From an uncultured Thermoleophilia bacterium (GTDB taxonomy: Bacteria > Actinomycetota > Thermoleophilia > Gaiellales > Gaiellaceae), in contig CAWATJ010000003.1 of the NCBI GenBank assembly GCA_963784965.1, forward strand, positions 25,733-89,732: a stretch of DNA of 64,000 bases, read 5' to 3'. The position numbers were made by a program, and so were the translations under genes. The notes below the pieces were generated by a model that saw nothing but the letters and a program-made list of their open reading frames with translations, did no database searches and was not told where the DNA came from. Positions 19,236-29,100 of this stretch are shown one piece after another (the first letter of the stretch is position 1; every line of letters starts with the position of its first letter).

Positions 19236-19985
19236 ATGCCGACTTTTGATCTCTATCGCGCGCTGTGGCGGCATCGTTTTCTGATCATCGGCCTGACGGC
19301 GTTGATCGGTGGTGTCGCCTGGTACGTCACCTCACTCCAGCCGAAGATTTACGAGGCGACGGCGCTCGTCCGCGTCCAGCAGAAAGTCGTCTCTGCCAAT
19401 GACGCTTTCGGATCGCTCGAGCTCGGGACGCGACTCGCGCAAACCTACGCCAAGATCGTCACCACGCGTTCGATGAAGCGGCGCATCGCCTCCGATTTCC
19501 TCCCCGCGATCTCCGTCGAGGACATCAGCATCTCGGCGACACCGGTGCAAGACCTCGAACTACTCCAGATCTCCGCCAGAAGCAAGTCACCGAGAGATGC
19601 CGCCCTGGTTGCCAACGCGGCGACGCAGGCCCTGCGGGCGTTCATCCGTGACACCGGCACGGTCCGTGATCAGGTGATCGTGGTCGACAGGGCGTCCGTG
19701 CCAACCTCCTTCGTCTCGCCCCGGATCAAGCTCACCGTCGCGCTCGCGGTGCTTCTCGGCCTGTTACTCAACTGCGCCCTCGCCCTGGTGGCTGAGTATT
19801 TCGCGGACCCGCTGCCCGAGCAATCCGCGATGGAGCCCGTCTTTGGTCGCCCGGTTCTGGCGACGATCCCGTCTTTGTCTTTCCCGAAGACGTCCGTGGC
19901 GGTCGCCTCGGTACCGGCCTCACTCGGCGGTGGGGCTGAGCGGGCGCCCGCGGTCAGTTCTGCCAGGGGCCGCGACGGTGGCTAA
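19236..19985 (+). CDS. Wzz-type polysaccharide chain-length determinant (transmembrane modulator)
   Basis: 249 aa; 'LYRALWRHRFLIIGLTAL' N-terminal TM, second TM near the C-terminus; good Shine-Dalgarno (SD) sequence. Confidence 0.8.
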   Translation: MPTFDLYRALWRHRFLIIGLTALIGGVAWYVTSLQPKIYEATALVRVQQKVVSANDAFGSLELGTRLAQTYAKIVTTRSMKRRIASDFLPAISVEDISISATPVQDLELLQISARSKSPRDAALVANAATQALRAFIRDTGTVRDQVIVVDRASVPTSFVSPRIKLTVALAVLLGLLLNCALALVAEYFADPLPEQSAMEPVFGRPVLATIPSLSFPKTSVAVASVPASLGGGAERAPAVSSARGRDGG

Positions 19986-20664
19986 TCGAAGATCTCCGGG
20001 GGCCGATCCCGTTCCCGTGGATCGCGGTGTGATCGACGTTTCGAGCCCGTCGGCCGAACCGTTCCGGATGCTGCGTCTCGCCATCGACCTGCGGCCGCGA
20101 GAGAACGGGAAGCTGCCGATCGTCTTCACGAGCGCCAACGCAGGCGAGGGCAAGTCAACGGTGGCCGCGAACTATGCCCTGGTGGCCGCCCAGAACGACC
20201 GTCGCGTGCTGTTGATCGACGCCGACTTGCGGAAGCCCAACCTGCACCGGCTGTTCGGCGTTCGAAGCGCCCCCGGTCTGACGGAGGTGATAGCAGCCGA
20301 TACGCCCTACATGGACGTCGTCAAGTCGGTCCAGACCTCCCCGGGCACACTCCACCTGCTCACGGCCGGAACACCGCTCCCGAATGCCGGCGATGTCGTG
20401 GGATCGAACGGCACCGTGATGCTGTTCGCCAGTGCCGTTGAGGAATACGACCTCGTCGTCGTCGATTCGCCTCCGGTGCTTGCAGCCTCCGACGCTGCGA
20501 CGATGGCCTCTCATACGGGAGCGGACGTCGCCCTGGTCGTCGGCAAGGGCACAAAGAAACGGAGTGTCACCCAGGCACTCAATAAACTCGACCTCGTCGG
20601 CGTGAGTGTCCTCGGGTTCGTCTTGAACCGCCAGGGCGACCTCTCGCAATACGGCTACTACTAG
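19978..20664 (+). CDS. CpsD/CapB-type protein tyrosine kinase (BY-kinase catalytic subunit)
   Basis: GTG 19978 overlaps the Wzz stop by 8 nt; Walker A 'NAGEGKST', A' 'LLIDADLRKP', B 'LVVVDSPP'; Tyr-rich tail 'SQYGYY'. Confidence 0.85.
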   Translation: MANRRSPGADPVPVDRGVIDVSSPSAEPFRMLRLAIDLRPRENGKLPIVFTSANAGEGKSTVAANYALVAAQNDRRVLLIDADLRKPNLHRLFGVRSAPGLTEVIAADTPYMDVVKSVQTSPGTLHLLTAGTPLPNAGDVVGSNGTVMLFASAVEEYDLVVVDSPPVLAASDAATMASHTGADVALVVGKGTKKRSVTQALNKLDLVGVSVLGFVLNRQGDLSQYGYY

Positions 20665-20670
20665 GCCGCG

Positions 20671-22176
20671 ATGCGCGTGGCCTCGATCCCTCCGGGCTCC
20701 CGGGCTCTGCCGTCGTGGCGCTGGGGAGGGTTCCTCGTCATCGCCGCGTTAGCTAACGTGGCGGTGGCCGTCGCGCTGGGAACCGGCAAGGCCGTCGCCG
20801 CCGTCCCCCTCGCACTCCTTCCGATCATGTTTCTGGCGTTCGGCGCACTCCTGACCAGGCATCGTGTCGTGCTCGCCCTCGCTGCGCTGGCGCTCAGCTT
20901 CACCGGCCTTTCGTTCCTCGACGGCCCGTTGCCGATGGGCGGTGGCATCGCAATCTACGCAACTGACCTGATCCTGATCCTCGCGGTCGGCGCGTGGATG
21001 GCAGAGCGGCTGACGGGGCGAGAGCGGCAGCGCGCGCCGCATCCTCTTCCCCTCGTCGTCACCTGGCCGCTACTCGCGCTGGCGATCATCACCTCCCTCG
21101 CAGTCGTCCGCGGCCATGAGCAATTCGGCACCACGCTCTTCGGCCAGCCTGTCCGCCTCATCATCTATGCGGGGATAGCTGCGGCACTCACGGACGCCAC
21201 CGCGCCCGCCCTCTGGCGCGGCATCACGATCGTCTTCTACGCCGGTGCCGTCGTGCAGTTCTTCTACGCGCTGTTCCACCTGGCCTTCGGCGGATCGCAG
21301 ACAGGCTCCCTTGCTCTCTCGACCGGCGGCACGCGGATCCTCGCATTGACTTCGTCCCTCTACCTCGTAGGGAGCCTCGTGTGCGCCCTGCTCAACCTCG
21401 AGCGTTCGGGGGAGCGCTTCAGCCGACAGATCGGGCATGTCGGAATCGCCTGCCTCGCCTTCTTCGGGATCGTCGTTTCGTTCGGTCGCACGATCTACCT
21501 CGCCACTGCAGTCATCCTGGTTGCGCTCTTTCTGACCCGGAAGGCGCTCCGGCACTCGGTCGCGTTGCTCTTGCCGTTGCTTCTACCCGCTCTGATAGTC
21601 GCCATCCTCCTCATCCCGGTCCTCGCGCCGACGCTCGCGCCGACGCTGACCTCGAGAATCGCGGCAGCTCCGAGCACCGACATCAACGTCGAGTTCCGCA
21701 ATCGCGGGCGCGAGGTCGCCCTCGCAGGAATCGATCAACATCTGTTGACCGGATTCGGCTTCGGGCGTCCGGTGCGGTTCGTCTTTCTCGGCAGTGTCCG
21801 GGACCTGACCGGCGACCCTCACAACAGCTATGTCTACGTCCTCGTCGGCGGCGGGCTCCTCGCCCTCGGTGCGCTTCTGGCGGTCATGCTCGCATTCGTC
21901 TACGACCTGCTCCGACGCCTCAGCCGGGCGGTCGGGGTCGAGCAGAGCCTGTTGATCTGGTCGCTCTGCTTCTGGTTCACCCTCATGTTGAACGCGTTGG
22001 CGGAGCCCATCCTGACGAACGCGACGCTGCTGATGACGATCTGGGTCCTGATGCTGATCCCCTGGTCGGTGCCCCTCCGATCCGGCGGACCTGCAACCGA
22101 GGCGACAACCGCTCCTCAGCCCACGGGATCGACGCTCGGTGAGCCCGTCAACGTCAGGGCAAGCGCACGCTCGTAG
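20671..22176 (+). CDS. Wzy_C-family membrane protein (O-antigen polymerase/ligase-like)
   Basis: 501 aa, about 10-12 TM segments, periplasmic-loop region 'GFGFGRP...DPHNSYVYVLVGGG'. Confidence 0.8.
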   Translation: MRVASIPPGSRALPSWRWGGFLVIAALANVAVAVALGTGKAVAAVPLALLPIMFLAFGALLTRHRVVLALAALALSFTGLSFLDGPLPMGGGIAIYATDLILILAVGAWMAERLTGRERQRAPHPLPLVVTWPLLALAIITSLAVVRGHEQFGTTLFGQPVRLIIYAGIAAALTDATAPALWRGITIVFYAGAVVQFFYALFHLAFGGSQTGSLALSTGGTRILALTSSLYLVGSLVCALLNLERSGERFSRQIGHVGIACLAFFGIVVSFGRTIYLATAVILVALFLTRKALRHSVALLLPLLLPALIVAILLIPVLAPTLAPTLTSRIAAAPSTDINVEFRNRGREVALAGIDQHLLTGFGFGRPVRFVFLGSVRDLTGDPHNSYVYVLVGGGLLALGALLAVMLAFVYDLLRRLSRAVGVEQSLLIWSLCFWFTLMLNALAEPILTNATLLMTIWVLMLIPWSVPLRSGGPATEATTAPQPTGSTLGEPVNVRASARS

Positions 22177-24236
22177 CCGTCGACGGCCGTGTGGGCCACG
22201 ACCTGCCCTCCGGATTCCTCCAATTGCACGACGGGCGGCACCTCCTCGGAGTCCCCGACCACGATCAGCGCCGCAAGGTGCACGACGCCGTCCCAGGTAA
22301 CGACCTGCGTGCATCTCGGAGCCGGCTCCCACTGCCCGAGACGTCTCGACCAGAACCCCGCCCGGTCGTGGGTGACGGTCGACTCACGCGTGGCAGCGAA
22401 CCCGAGCAGGAGGTGTCGATCGCCGCCGAACGATGCATCGAGGAGGCCGGCTGAGCGCTCACTCACCGTGCACCTCGGGTGCAACGGCCAGGTCTGCGTT
22501 GCGCTGTGCGTTTCACGGCCCTCGAGCCGATCGACGACGAGAAGCGCCCGCTCGCCGATTCGCGCCACCGCCCTCCGGTGAGTGACGGGGTCGGGAAGCC
22601 GCAGATAGCCGTCGAGCTCCGCGATCGCGACGAGGCGCCCCGCATCCCACTCGAGGAGCCGCGCGTTCCCCTGCTGCAGCCAGATGAACGCCCCACCTTG
22701 CTGCGACTGGTCCCGATCGTCGACCGTCACGGTTGCGTGGGCCCTCGTGCCGCGGAACCACTCGCGAAGCGAGACGTCGCCGTAACTGCCGGTTCCCGGG
22801 TCGATGACGAGGTCGTCCGAGCCGTACGAGAGCGCAACCGAGAGCGCATCGGCGTGCCCGTGCGCAGCAATGCTGAGATAGCCGAGCGGGCCGGCGTCGA
22901 ACAGGACGCGCAGGCCGGCGAACCGGAGAACGACGATGCCGGCCTCGCTCAGAACGCAGCTGCCGGCCCGATCGGCGGGTCGCGTCTCCGCGAACACGCG
23001 AGCGCCGTCTTCCCCGAAGAGCAGCAGAGCAGTCGGGTCCGGGCGGAGCGCGACTCGCCGCGCTCCCCGGTGTCCTCGGCATGCGGCCACAGCGGCCGCG
23101 ATCTGGCGGCCGGTGCGGATGTCGGTGCCGTCGACGATGAGAGCACGACTCTGGTCGCCGTCACCGAACGCCGGCTCGGGCTCGTCTCCGTCGATCAACA
23201 TCGCCAGCCCGTCACCGACGCGGTCGAGCGCACGACCCACGGCGGTTGGGACATCGAGCCCACGGGCGCGGAAGAGGGCCGCGGCAACCAGTAGCAGGTC
23301 CGCGACGAACAGCGAATACCCGAACGCCTGCTCCGCGCCCGCTCCGTCGCCGAGAACCTGGAGGTCGGCCTGTTCGGCGAGCTCGGCAGCAGCGCGGGAG
23401 GCCCAGCGTCCGGAGTCGGCGAGCTCCGGCGCCAGCAGCCCGACGGCGAGTAGCCCGAGGAGCTCTCCGATCAAATGGTTGTTGGCGGAGCTGTAGCGCG
23501 ACAACCCGGCCTCGATCCAGCGGGCGTGCTGCCACAGACCGCGTAAGAGCTCCTGTTTCGTGCGGTCGTCGAGCCCGGTGAGGCTTCGAATGCCGTCGAA
23601 CCCGACCGCCAGCGAGAGCGCGCGAAGGCCCGGTTCGAAGGTGTTGGCCCAGGCGATGCCGCGGCCGGGTGGATGACGATCGAGCCACACCAGCATCTGC
23701 CGCAGCGCTTCCCGTGCGAACCGCTCGTCACCTTCGAGGTGCGAAGCGAGCACCAGCAGGGGGATCCCCTGCAGTCGATGGAGCTCCCAGGTCAGCTTCG
23801 GGTCTCCGGGCGCCCCGTGCCTGAAATCGATCAGGCGGCCGTGCCTGTCCGGCCAGCGTTCGCCCGAGAGCGGATCCGTGGCACCGTCCCAGTCCGGCTG
23901 CAGCACGAACGGTGGGTGGCCCAGCAACTCGAACGACCCGTGTAGTCGGCGTTCGGCCGCTGCAACGGCCGCATCCGCCTCCGCGGGGAGCTCACGATGT
24001 AACAGCGAGGCCCTCTCTGCCGTCAGGAACCCGATCGGCGCCGGCACCGACAGCGGCGTCGTGAAGAGCCGGTCGGTCGACGGCTCCCAGCGGCGACTCC
24101 AGCTGCGCCGGGAGAGATTCCACGCCAACGCGTCGGCACGCGCCCCGGCGGCACGTCGTGCATGCGTGAGGACCTCCGCCGGCTGCATCAACGTCAACCG
24201 GCGGCCGTACCAGCGAAGTCGGTCCGGAACGCTCAC
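22116..24236 (-). CDS. Heparinase II/III-like (alginate-lyase superfamily) protein
   Basis: 706 aa; 'SSANNHLIGELLGL', 'AHGHADALSV...DPGTGSYG' typical of the Hepar_II_III family. Confidence 0.85.
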   Translation of the reverse strand: MSVPDRLRWYGRRLTLMQPAEVLTHARRAAGARADALAWNLSRRSWSRRWEPSTDRLFTTPLSVPAPIGFLTAERASLLHRELPAEADAAVAAAERRLHGSFELLGHPPFVLQPDWDGATDPLSGERWPDRHGRLIDFRHGAPGDPKLTWELHRLQGIPLLVLASHLEGDERFAREALRQMLVWLDRHPPGRGIAWANTFEPGLRALSLAVGFDGIRSLTGLDDRTKQELLRGLWQHARWIEAGLSRYSSANNHLIGELLGLLAVGLLAPELADSGRWASRAAAELAEQADLQVLGDGAGAEQAFGYSLFVADLLLVAAALFRARGLDVPTAVGRALDRVGDGLAMLIDGDEPEPAFGDGDQSRALIVDGTDIRTGRQIAAAVAACRGHRGARRVALRPDPTALLLFGEDGARVFAETRPADRAGSCVLSEAGIVVLRFAGLRVLFDAGPLGYLSIAAHGHADALSVALSYGSDDLVIDPGTGSYGDVSLREWFRGTRAHATVTVDDRDQSQQGGAFIWLQQGNARLLEWDAGRLVAIAELDGYLRLPDPVTHRRAVARIGERALLVVDRLEGRETHSATQTWPLHPRCTVSERSAGLLDASFGGDRHLLLGFAATRESTVTHDRAGFWSRRLGQWEPAPRCTQVVTWDGVVHLAALIVVGDSEEVPPVVQLEESGGQVVAHTAVDGYERALALTLTGSPSVDPVG

Positions 24237-24437
24237 CGAGCGACCCTAGAGAGGGTCTCGCGGCTTGCAGATGCGCGATCTCGGATCGTCACTATCCTGA
24301 GAGAAGGTGGCAGAGGCGACACGTTATCCTGGAACGGCTCGGGCCGAATTCCGAGCGCAGAAAGGGCCACCAGTGGACTCGCGTTGGAGCGGTGATGCTG
24401 CACCCGCCGCCCCCCCACGTCGCCCGCCGCCGGAGTC

Positions 24438-26907
24438 GTGACCGTTCCCCGGGATCGGAGGGCGACCGTCGGCATCGCAGTCGGGGTCGCGATCCTCGTC
24501 GCGACCGCCCTCGAGTTCAGCGGCGGCTACTACGCCCTCGCGGCGGGGATCCTTGGCGGGGTCGTCGCGATCGTCGCGGTCGCCCTGCTCACTCTCGGTT
24601 TCGCGCCCGCGCGACCCGCCGTCTTCGCAGCGTCGATGCTCATCGCACTGGGCGCCTGGTCGGTGGTCTCGACCAGCTGGGGCGGCCTGCCACAGGTGTC
24701 ATGGCGGTTTGCGGGCCTGATGCTCGCCGCCGCGTCGTCCCTTGTCGCCGGATCGGCGCTCGGCGGAGCATGCGCGAGCAGTCGTCGGGGGAGTTCTCGG
24801 CGGGATCACGGCGCACGCGGTCGTCGTTCTCGTCACGGTCGGGTCGGGATCGGCTCCGACCGATTGGTTTCGAATCCGCCAGCTCGAGGGCCCGATCGGG
24901 TACCACAACGGCGAAGCGTCGATGTGTGCGATGGGCGTCCCGCTCGCATTGTGGGTCGCCACCTCGCCTCGGCGCTCACTGCGCGCAGGGGGGGCGGCGG
25001 CTGCGGTGCTCTTCCTGTCGATCATCCTTCTGACCCAGTCTCGCGGCTCGCTCGCCGCCACGGCATTCGCCGTCTTGCTGCAGCTCGGGCTGGCGCGACG
25101 CAGACGACTCGCAATGCTCGCCCTGCTGCTCGCCGCGACGTCCGTTGCGCTCTTCCTCTCGCTGCGCGCGGTCGACCGAGCGCTCATCGACGGCCGACCG
25201 CTCGACGACCCTGCGTTCAGGAACTACGCCTTGCTGACACTTGTTCTCGCGCTCGTCGTCGCCGCGCTGTCATCTCTGTCGCCACCCCGAACACGCTTGA
25301 CGCGACGCCAGACGAACGCCGCCGTCGGTGTGGGCGCCGTCGCTGCGGTCGTCGCTGCGGCGGCCGGGATAGCGATCCTCGTAACGCATGTCGGAGACCT
25401 CCGCGACCGGGTCACGGCCGAGCCGAACCGCCCCTCCGAAGTCGCCGCCGGGGACACGCGGCTGTCCAGCTTCTCGCCGACGGGCCGAATCGAGTTGTGG
25501 CACGTCGCTCTGGACATGAGCGCCGAGGCGCCCGTGGCAGGCCACGGGGCAGGAGCGTTCACGCGACGTTTCACGATCGAGCGCAAGAACAAAGATGCGT
25601 ATGTCCTGCAGCCCCACTCGGTCGAGCTCGAGATTCTGTCGGAGCTCGGCGCAGTCGGGCTCGTCCTCCTCGCGGCTGCAATCGGAGGCCTCACGTGGGG
25701 CGTCGTCCACGGGGTCCGACGCGACCGCGCCGTCGGCGCTGCAGCAGCAGCGTCGCTCCTCGTCTTCTTCCTCGTCGCCTCGGTCGACTGGATCCACAGC
25801 TTCGCCGGGCTCATGATCCCGGCGATGCTGATCGCCGGCGCCGCTGCTGGCCAAAGCGGGCGGCGCGTCCCGAGCGCGCCTCGTGCAATCGCCTACGTTC
25901 TCCTGTTGCTCGTTGTGCTCGGTGTGCTCGCGGGGCCGGCCGTCGCGCAGCGGCAGCTCGACAGGGCCAGGGCGCAGGCGGCAACCTCCTCCGCAGCGGC
26001 CTGGGCGACTGCCGCCTCGGCACGCCGCTGGGACCGTTGGGACCCCGCCGTCGTCGAATTCCAGGGGATGCTTGCACAACAGGAGGGCAGGCTCCTCGAC
26101 GCAGCGGCCCTCTATCACCGGGCTGCGACGCTCAGCGCACAGCCGTGGACGAACAGCTTCCGTGAAGCGAGGGTGTTGGAGCAGGCTGGCCTCCTCGGTC
26201 GGGCTCGCGCCGCCTGTCGCCGGGCCATCGCCGCAAACCCGCTCGGGACCGACGTGCAGAACGGAGTCTGCGACCGAGGGGTGACGAACGAAAGTGTGAC
26301 GTACAACGGCCGGAGCCTGACGCTGAAGGGCCGGACCCGTAACGGCTCGATCGCGGACTCCGAGATCTGGTATCTCGTCGCTCCACCGATCGGCACGGGC
26401 ACGGTGAGAGTAAAGCTGTCGACCGCGAGAACGATCGTGGCAGGCGCGATCTCGTTCACAGGAGCGCATCAATCGACGCCGTTGAGTGCCTATACCGGGA
26501 CCGAAGGAAATACGAATACACCCGCCGGTACCGTGACGAGCGCACGCGGCGAGATCGTGGTCGACTCGCTCTCGCTCAAATGGGCCGGCGGCCGTACGGC
26601 GACGGCCGGACCCGGGCAGACACAGAACTGGAGCAGGTCCGCGAGCAACGGCGTCTCCGGCATCATCGGCGGCGCCTCCACGGAACCGGGCGCCGGCTCG
26701 GTGACGATGGACTGGGCGCTCAACGCAGCCGACGTCTGGGCACACAGCCTCGTCGCCGTCGAACCGGCTTCCTCGGGAACGGGTCTTGCGGTGGCTTCGT
26801 CGAGCTCCGCCGTCTCGTCGGGAAACGCGTCGTCGTTGTCGTGGTCGCACACATCCTCGGGTGCAGACCGGCTGCTGCTCGTGGTGATGTCCCATCGTGA
26901 CAACTAG
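24438..26907 (+). pseudogene. O-antigen-ligase-like (Wzy_C) protein with TPR-like and C-terminal soluble extension; reading frame disrupted near 24742-24790
   Basis: The N-terminal ~105 aa (3-4 TMs) are in the frame of GTG 24438. The rest ('LTQSRGSLAA', 'HSVELEILSELG', TPR-like 'AALYHRAATL') is in the +1 frame of track ORF 24742..26907. Confidence 0.7.
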
Positions 26908-26955
26908 AGCGTTCGGAGGTTTGATCGGTGAGACAGCCTGCGGAGCGCGCCCGCT

Positions 26956-26983
26956 GGCGGCTCCCTCGATCGAGGGAGCCGCC
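26956..26983. terminator. Perfect 28-nt palindrome (GC-rich hairpin) downstream of the ligase-like gene
   Basis: 'GGCGGCTCCCTCGATCGAGGGAGCCGCC' is self-complementary over all 28 nt, 49 nt after the stop; no T-tract. Confidence 0.45.
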
Positions 26984-27149
26984 GCGGGCGACCTTGCCGA
27001 GACTCGTTCCGCGGTTACATTGAGTCCGGGGCCGTATTTGCGTGCCCGCACGAGCCCCGTGGGAAATCACCGGCCATCCACTCGACTTCGACCCAACTCC
27101 AGCGTCTGTCAGACGGGCTGTTCGGCCCGGGTGGCCTGATGGAGGTCCG

Positions 27150-28301
27150 ATGAATCCGAAGCCTGGATGGATCGCCGTGATCGGCCCGTCGCCCGAGAGC
27201 CGGGGCGGGATCGCCCGGGTGCTTGCCCAGGTAGCGGAGATCGAGATGCCCGCGGACGGACCGCGTCTGGTGGTCGTCGAGAGCTTCCGCGGCGGCGGGG
27301 CCGTCGCCAAGCTGTGGAGCTGGTTGGGTGGGTGGACGCGCTTCGCGCTGCTCTGCGCCCTTCACCGGCCGGCGCTCTCGTACGTCCACATCGGGAAAGG
27401 GGCCTCGACCGTGCGCAAGGCCAGCTTCGTCGCCGTCGCACGCGCCGCCGGGGTCCCGGTCCTCCTCCACGTCCATCCCGCGCGCTTCTTCGACCAGCTC
27501 TCGGCGCGCGGGATCGGCGGGGCCCTGGCCCGCCGTTGCGTCAGAGCGTCCGTGGCCGTCATCGTTCTTGCGGAGCCGTTCGTCGACGAGGTACACGCGC
27601 TCGACCCGGAACTCACGGTTCATGTCGTCGCCAATGCTCCTGACGTCGACGAGCGTTCGCCCGCCGATCCACCCGATGGACGTATTCCGGGCAGGATCCT
27701 CTGTGTCGGCTCGTTCGTCGGGGACAAGGGGGTCGACGTTCTTCTGGAAGCCGCGTCGCAGATTGCGCCGGACTTCCCGGCCCTACGCCTCGCGTTGGCC
27801 GGCACGGGCCCTGACGAAGAGGAGCTGCGCGACCTCGCGGCAGCCCGGGGTCTCGCAGGCCGGATCGAGTTTCTCGGATGGCTTCGTGGAGCCGCCCTCG
27901 ACCAGGAGTACGCTCACGCCTCGCTGTTCGTCCTGCCCTCCCGGACGGAGGGTTTCCCACTGGCGTTGCTCGAGGCGATGTGGCACGGCGTGCCGTGCGT
28001 GGCGACGACGGTGGGGGGTGTCCCCGAGATCCTGGCCGACAGGACCGGCGCTCTCGTCCCGTCGCAGGATGCGAATGCACTGGCCGCCACGATTCGGGCG
28101 CTATTCGAGGATCCGGCGCGGGCGGCGGCGTTTGGAGCCGCCGGAGCCGAACGGGCTCGAGCGCGGTATGCGCCGTCCCGCCAGCGAAAGTCGATCGCAC
28201 AACTCCTGCTGCGGTATTCGGGGGCGCCTCATGTCACAGCCCCGCCGACCGCCCGAGCCGGAAGGCCCGACGCGACCACACCCCGGGCTGTCCCACGATG
28301 A
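27150..28301 (+). CDS. Family 4 glycosyltransferase
   Basis: Trimmed to ATG 27150 (GGAGG 5 nt upstream); 'PSRTEGFPLALLEAMWHGVPCVAT' E-x7-E motif. Confidence 0.85.
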   Translation: MNPKPGWIAVIGPSPESRGGIARVLAQVAEIEMPADGPRLVVVESFRGGGAVAKLWSWLGGWTRFALLCALHRPALSYVHIGKGASTVRKASFVAVARAAGVPVLLHVHPARFFDQLSARGIGGALARRCVRASVAVIVLAEPFVDEVHALDPELTVHVVANAPDVDERSPADPPDGRIPGRILCVGSFVGDKGVDVLLEAASQIAPDFPALRLALAGTGPDEEELRDLAAARGLAGRIEFLGWLRGAALDQEYAHASLFVLPSRTEGFPLALLEAMWHGVPCVATTVGGVPEILADRTGALVPSQDANALAATIRALFEDPARAAAFGAAGAERARARYAPSRQRKSIAQLLLRYSGAPHVTAPPTARAGRPDATTPRAVPR

Positions 28302-29077
28302 TGGGCGCCTCGCCTCCGGTCCGACGCCACACCCTGCTCGGGTGCCCGGTCGACGCGCTCACGCTTCCCGAGACGGTCGATCGGATCATCGCGATGATCC
28401 ATGAAGGCGGGTGCCACTCGCAGTTCTCACTCAATGCAGCCAAGATCGTCGAGGCACGCCGGAGCTCCGAGCTACGAGGGTTCTTGGAGCGTGCGACGAT
28501 CGTGAACGCAGACGGCCAATCGCTCGTCTGGGCCGGCAAGTTGCTCGGCGTTCGGTTTCCCGAGAGAGTTGCAGGCATCGATCTGCTCGGTGCACTGCTC
28601 GCCGCGATGGAACGAGAAGAGCTCTCCGCCTACTTCCTGGGGGCGCAGGAGGACGTTATCGCCCGTGCGACGACCCGAATCGCGGCCCGTCATCCGCGGC
28701 TGCACATCGCCGGATTCCACCACGGCCACTTTTCCCCCGAAGACGACGAACGGGTGGCGGCGTCGATCCGCGAGTCCGCCCCCGACGCCCTGTTCGTCGG
28801 TATGAGCTCTCCGCGCAAGGAATACTGGATCGACGCCCGGCAGGCCAGCACCGGCGCGCGGTTCGCGATGGGGGTCGGGGGATCGTTCGACGTGATCGCC
28901 GGACGTACCAAGCGGGCGCCACGGCGGATTCAGCAGCTCGGGCTGGAATGGGCCTATCGCACCGCGCAGGAGCCCCGCCGGCTCGCCGGGCGCTACGCGT
29001 CCACGAACGGAGCGTTCCTGAAGCTGGTGGCCGAGGAGCTCGTCCGCAACCGCCGCACCCCGGGTGCTCGGCAATAG
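28298..29077 (+). CDS. WecG/TagA/CpsF-family (GT26) glycosyltransferase
   Basis: Trimmed to ATG 28298 (ATGA overlap); 'NADGQSLVWA', 'MGVGGSFD', 'LEWAYR' typical of the family. Confidence 0.85.
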   Translation: MMGASPPVRRHTLLGCPVDALTLPETVDRIIAMIHEGGCHSQFSLNAAKIVEARRSSELRGFLERATIVNADGQSLVWAGKLLGVRFPERVAGIDLLGALLAAMEREELSAYFLGAQEDVIARATTRIAARHPRLHIAGFHHGHFSPEDDERVAASIRESAPDALFVGMSSPRKEYWIDARQASTGARFAMGVGGSFDVIAGRTKRAPRRIQQLGLEWAYRTAQEPRRLAGRYASTNGAFLKLVAEELVRNRRTPGARQ

Positions 29078-29100
29078 TGAGCGGGAGGAACCCCGGCCCG

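Noticed and set aside
24742-26907. The ligase-like gene as an intact CDS starting at TTG 24742.
   Set aside because: This remains possible. However, the upstream frame encodes about 100 aa of typical N-terminal TM helices that would otherwise have no stop or function, so a disrupted single gene is favoured. It is kept as an alternative.
26897-27139. ORF 26897..27139 as a frameshifted continuation of the ligase-like C-terminal domain.
   Set aside because: Its translation is dominated by the palindrome ('PLAAPSIEGAAAG') and shows no convincing similarity to the preceding domain. It is more likely intergenic.
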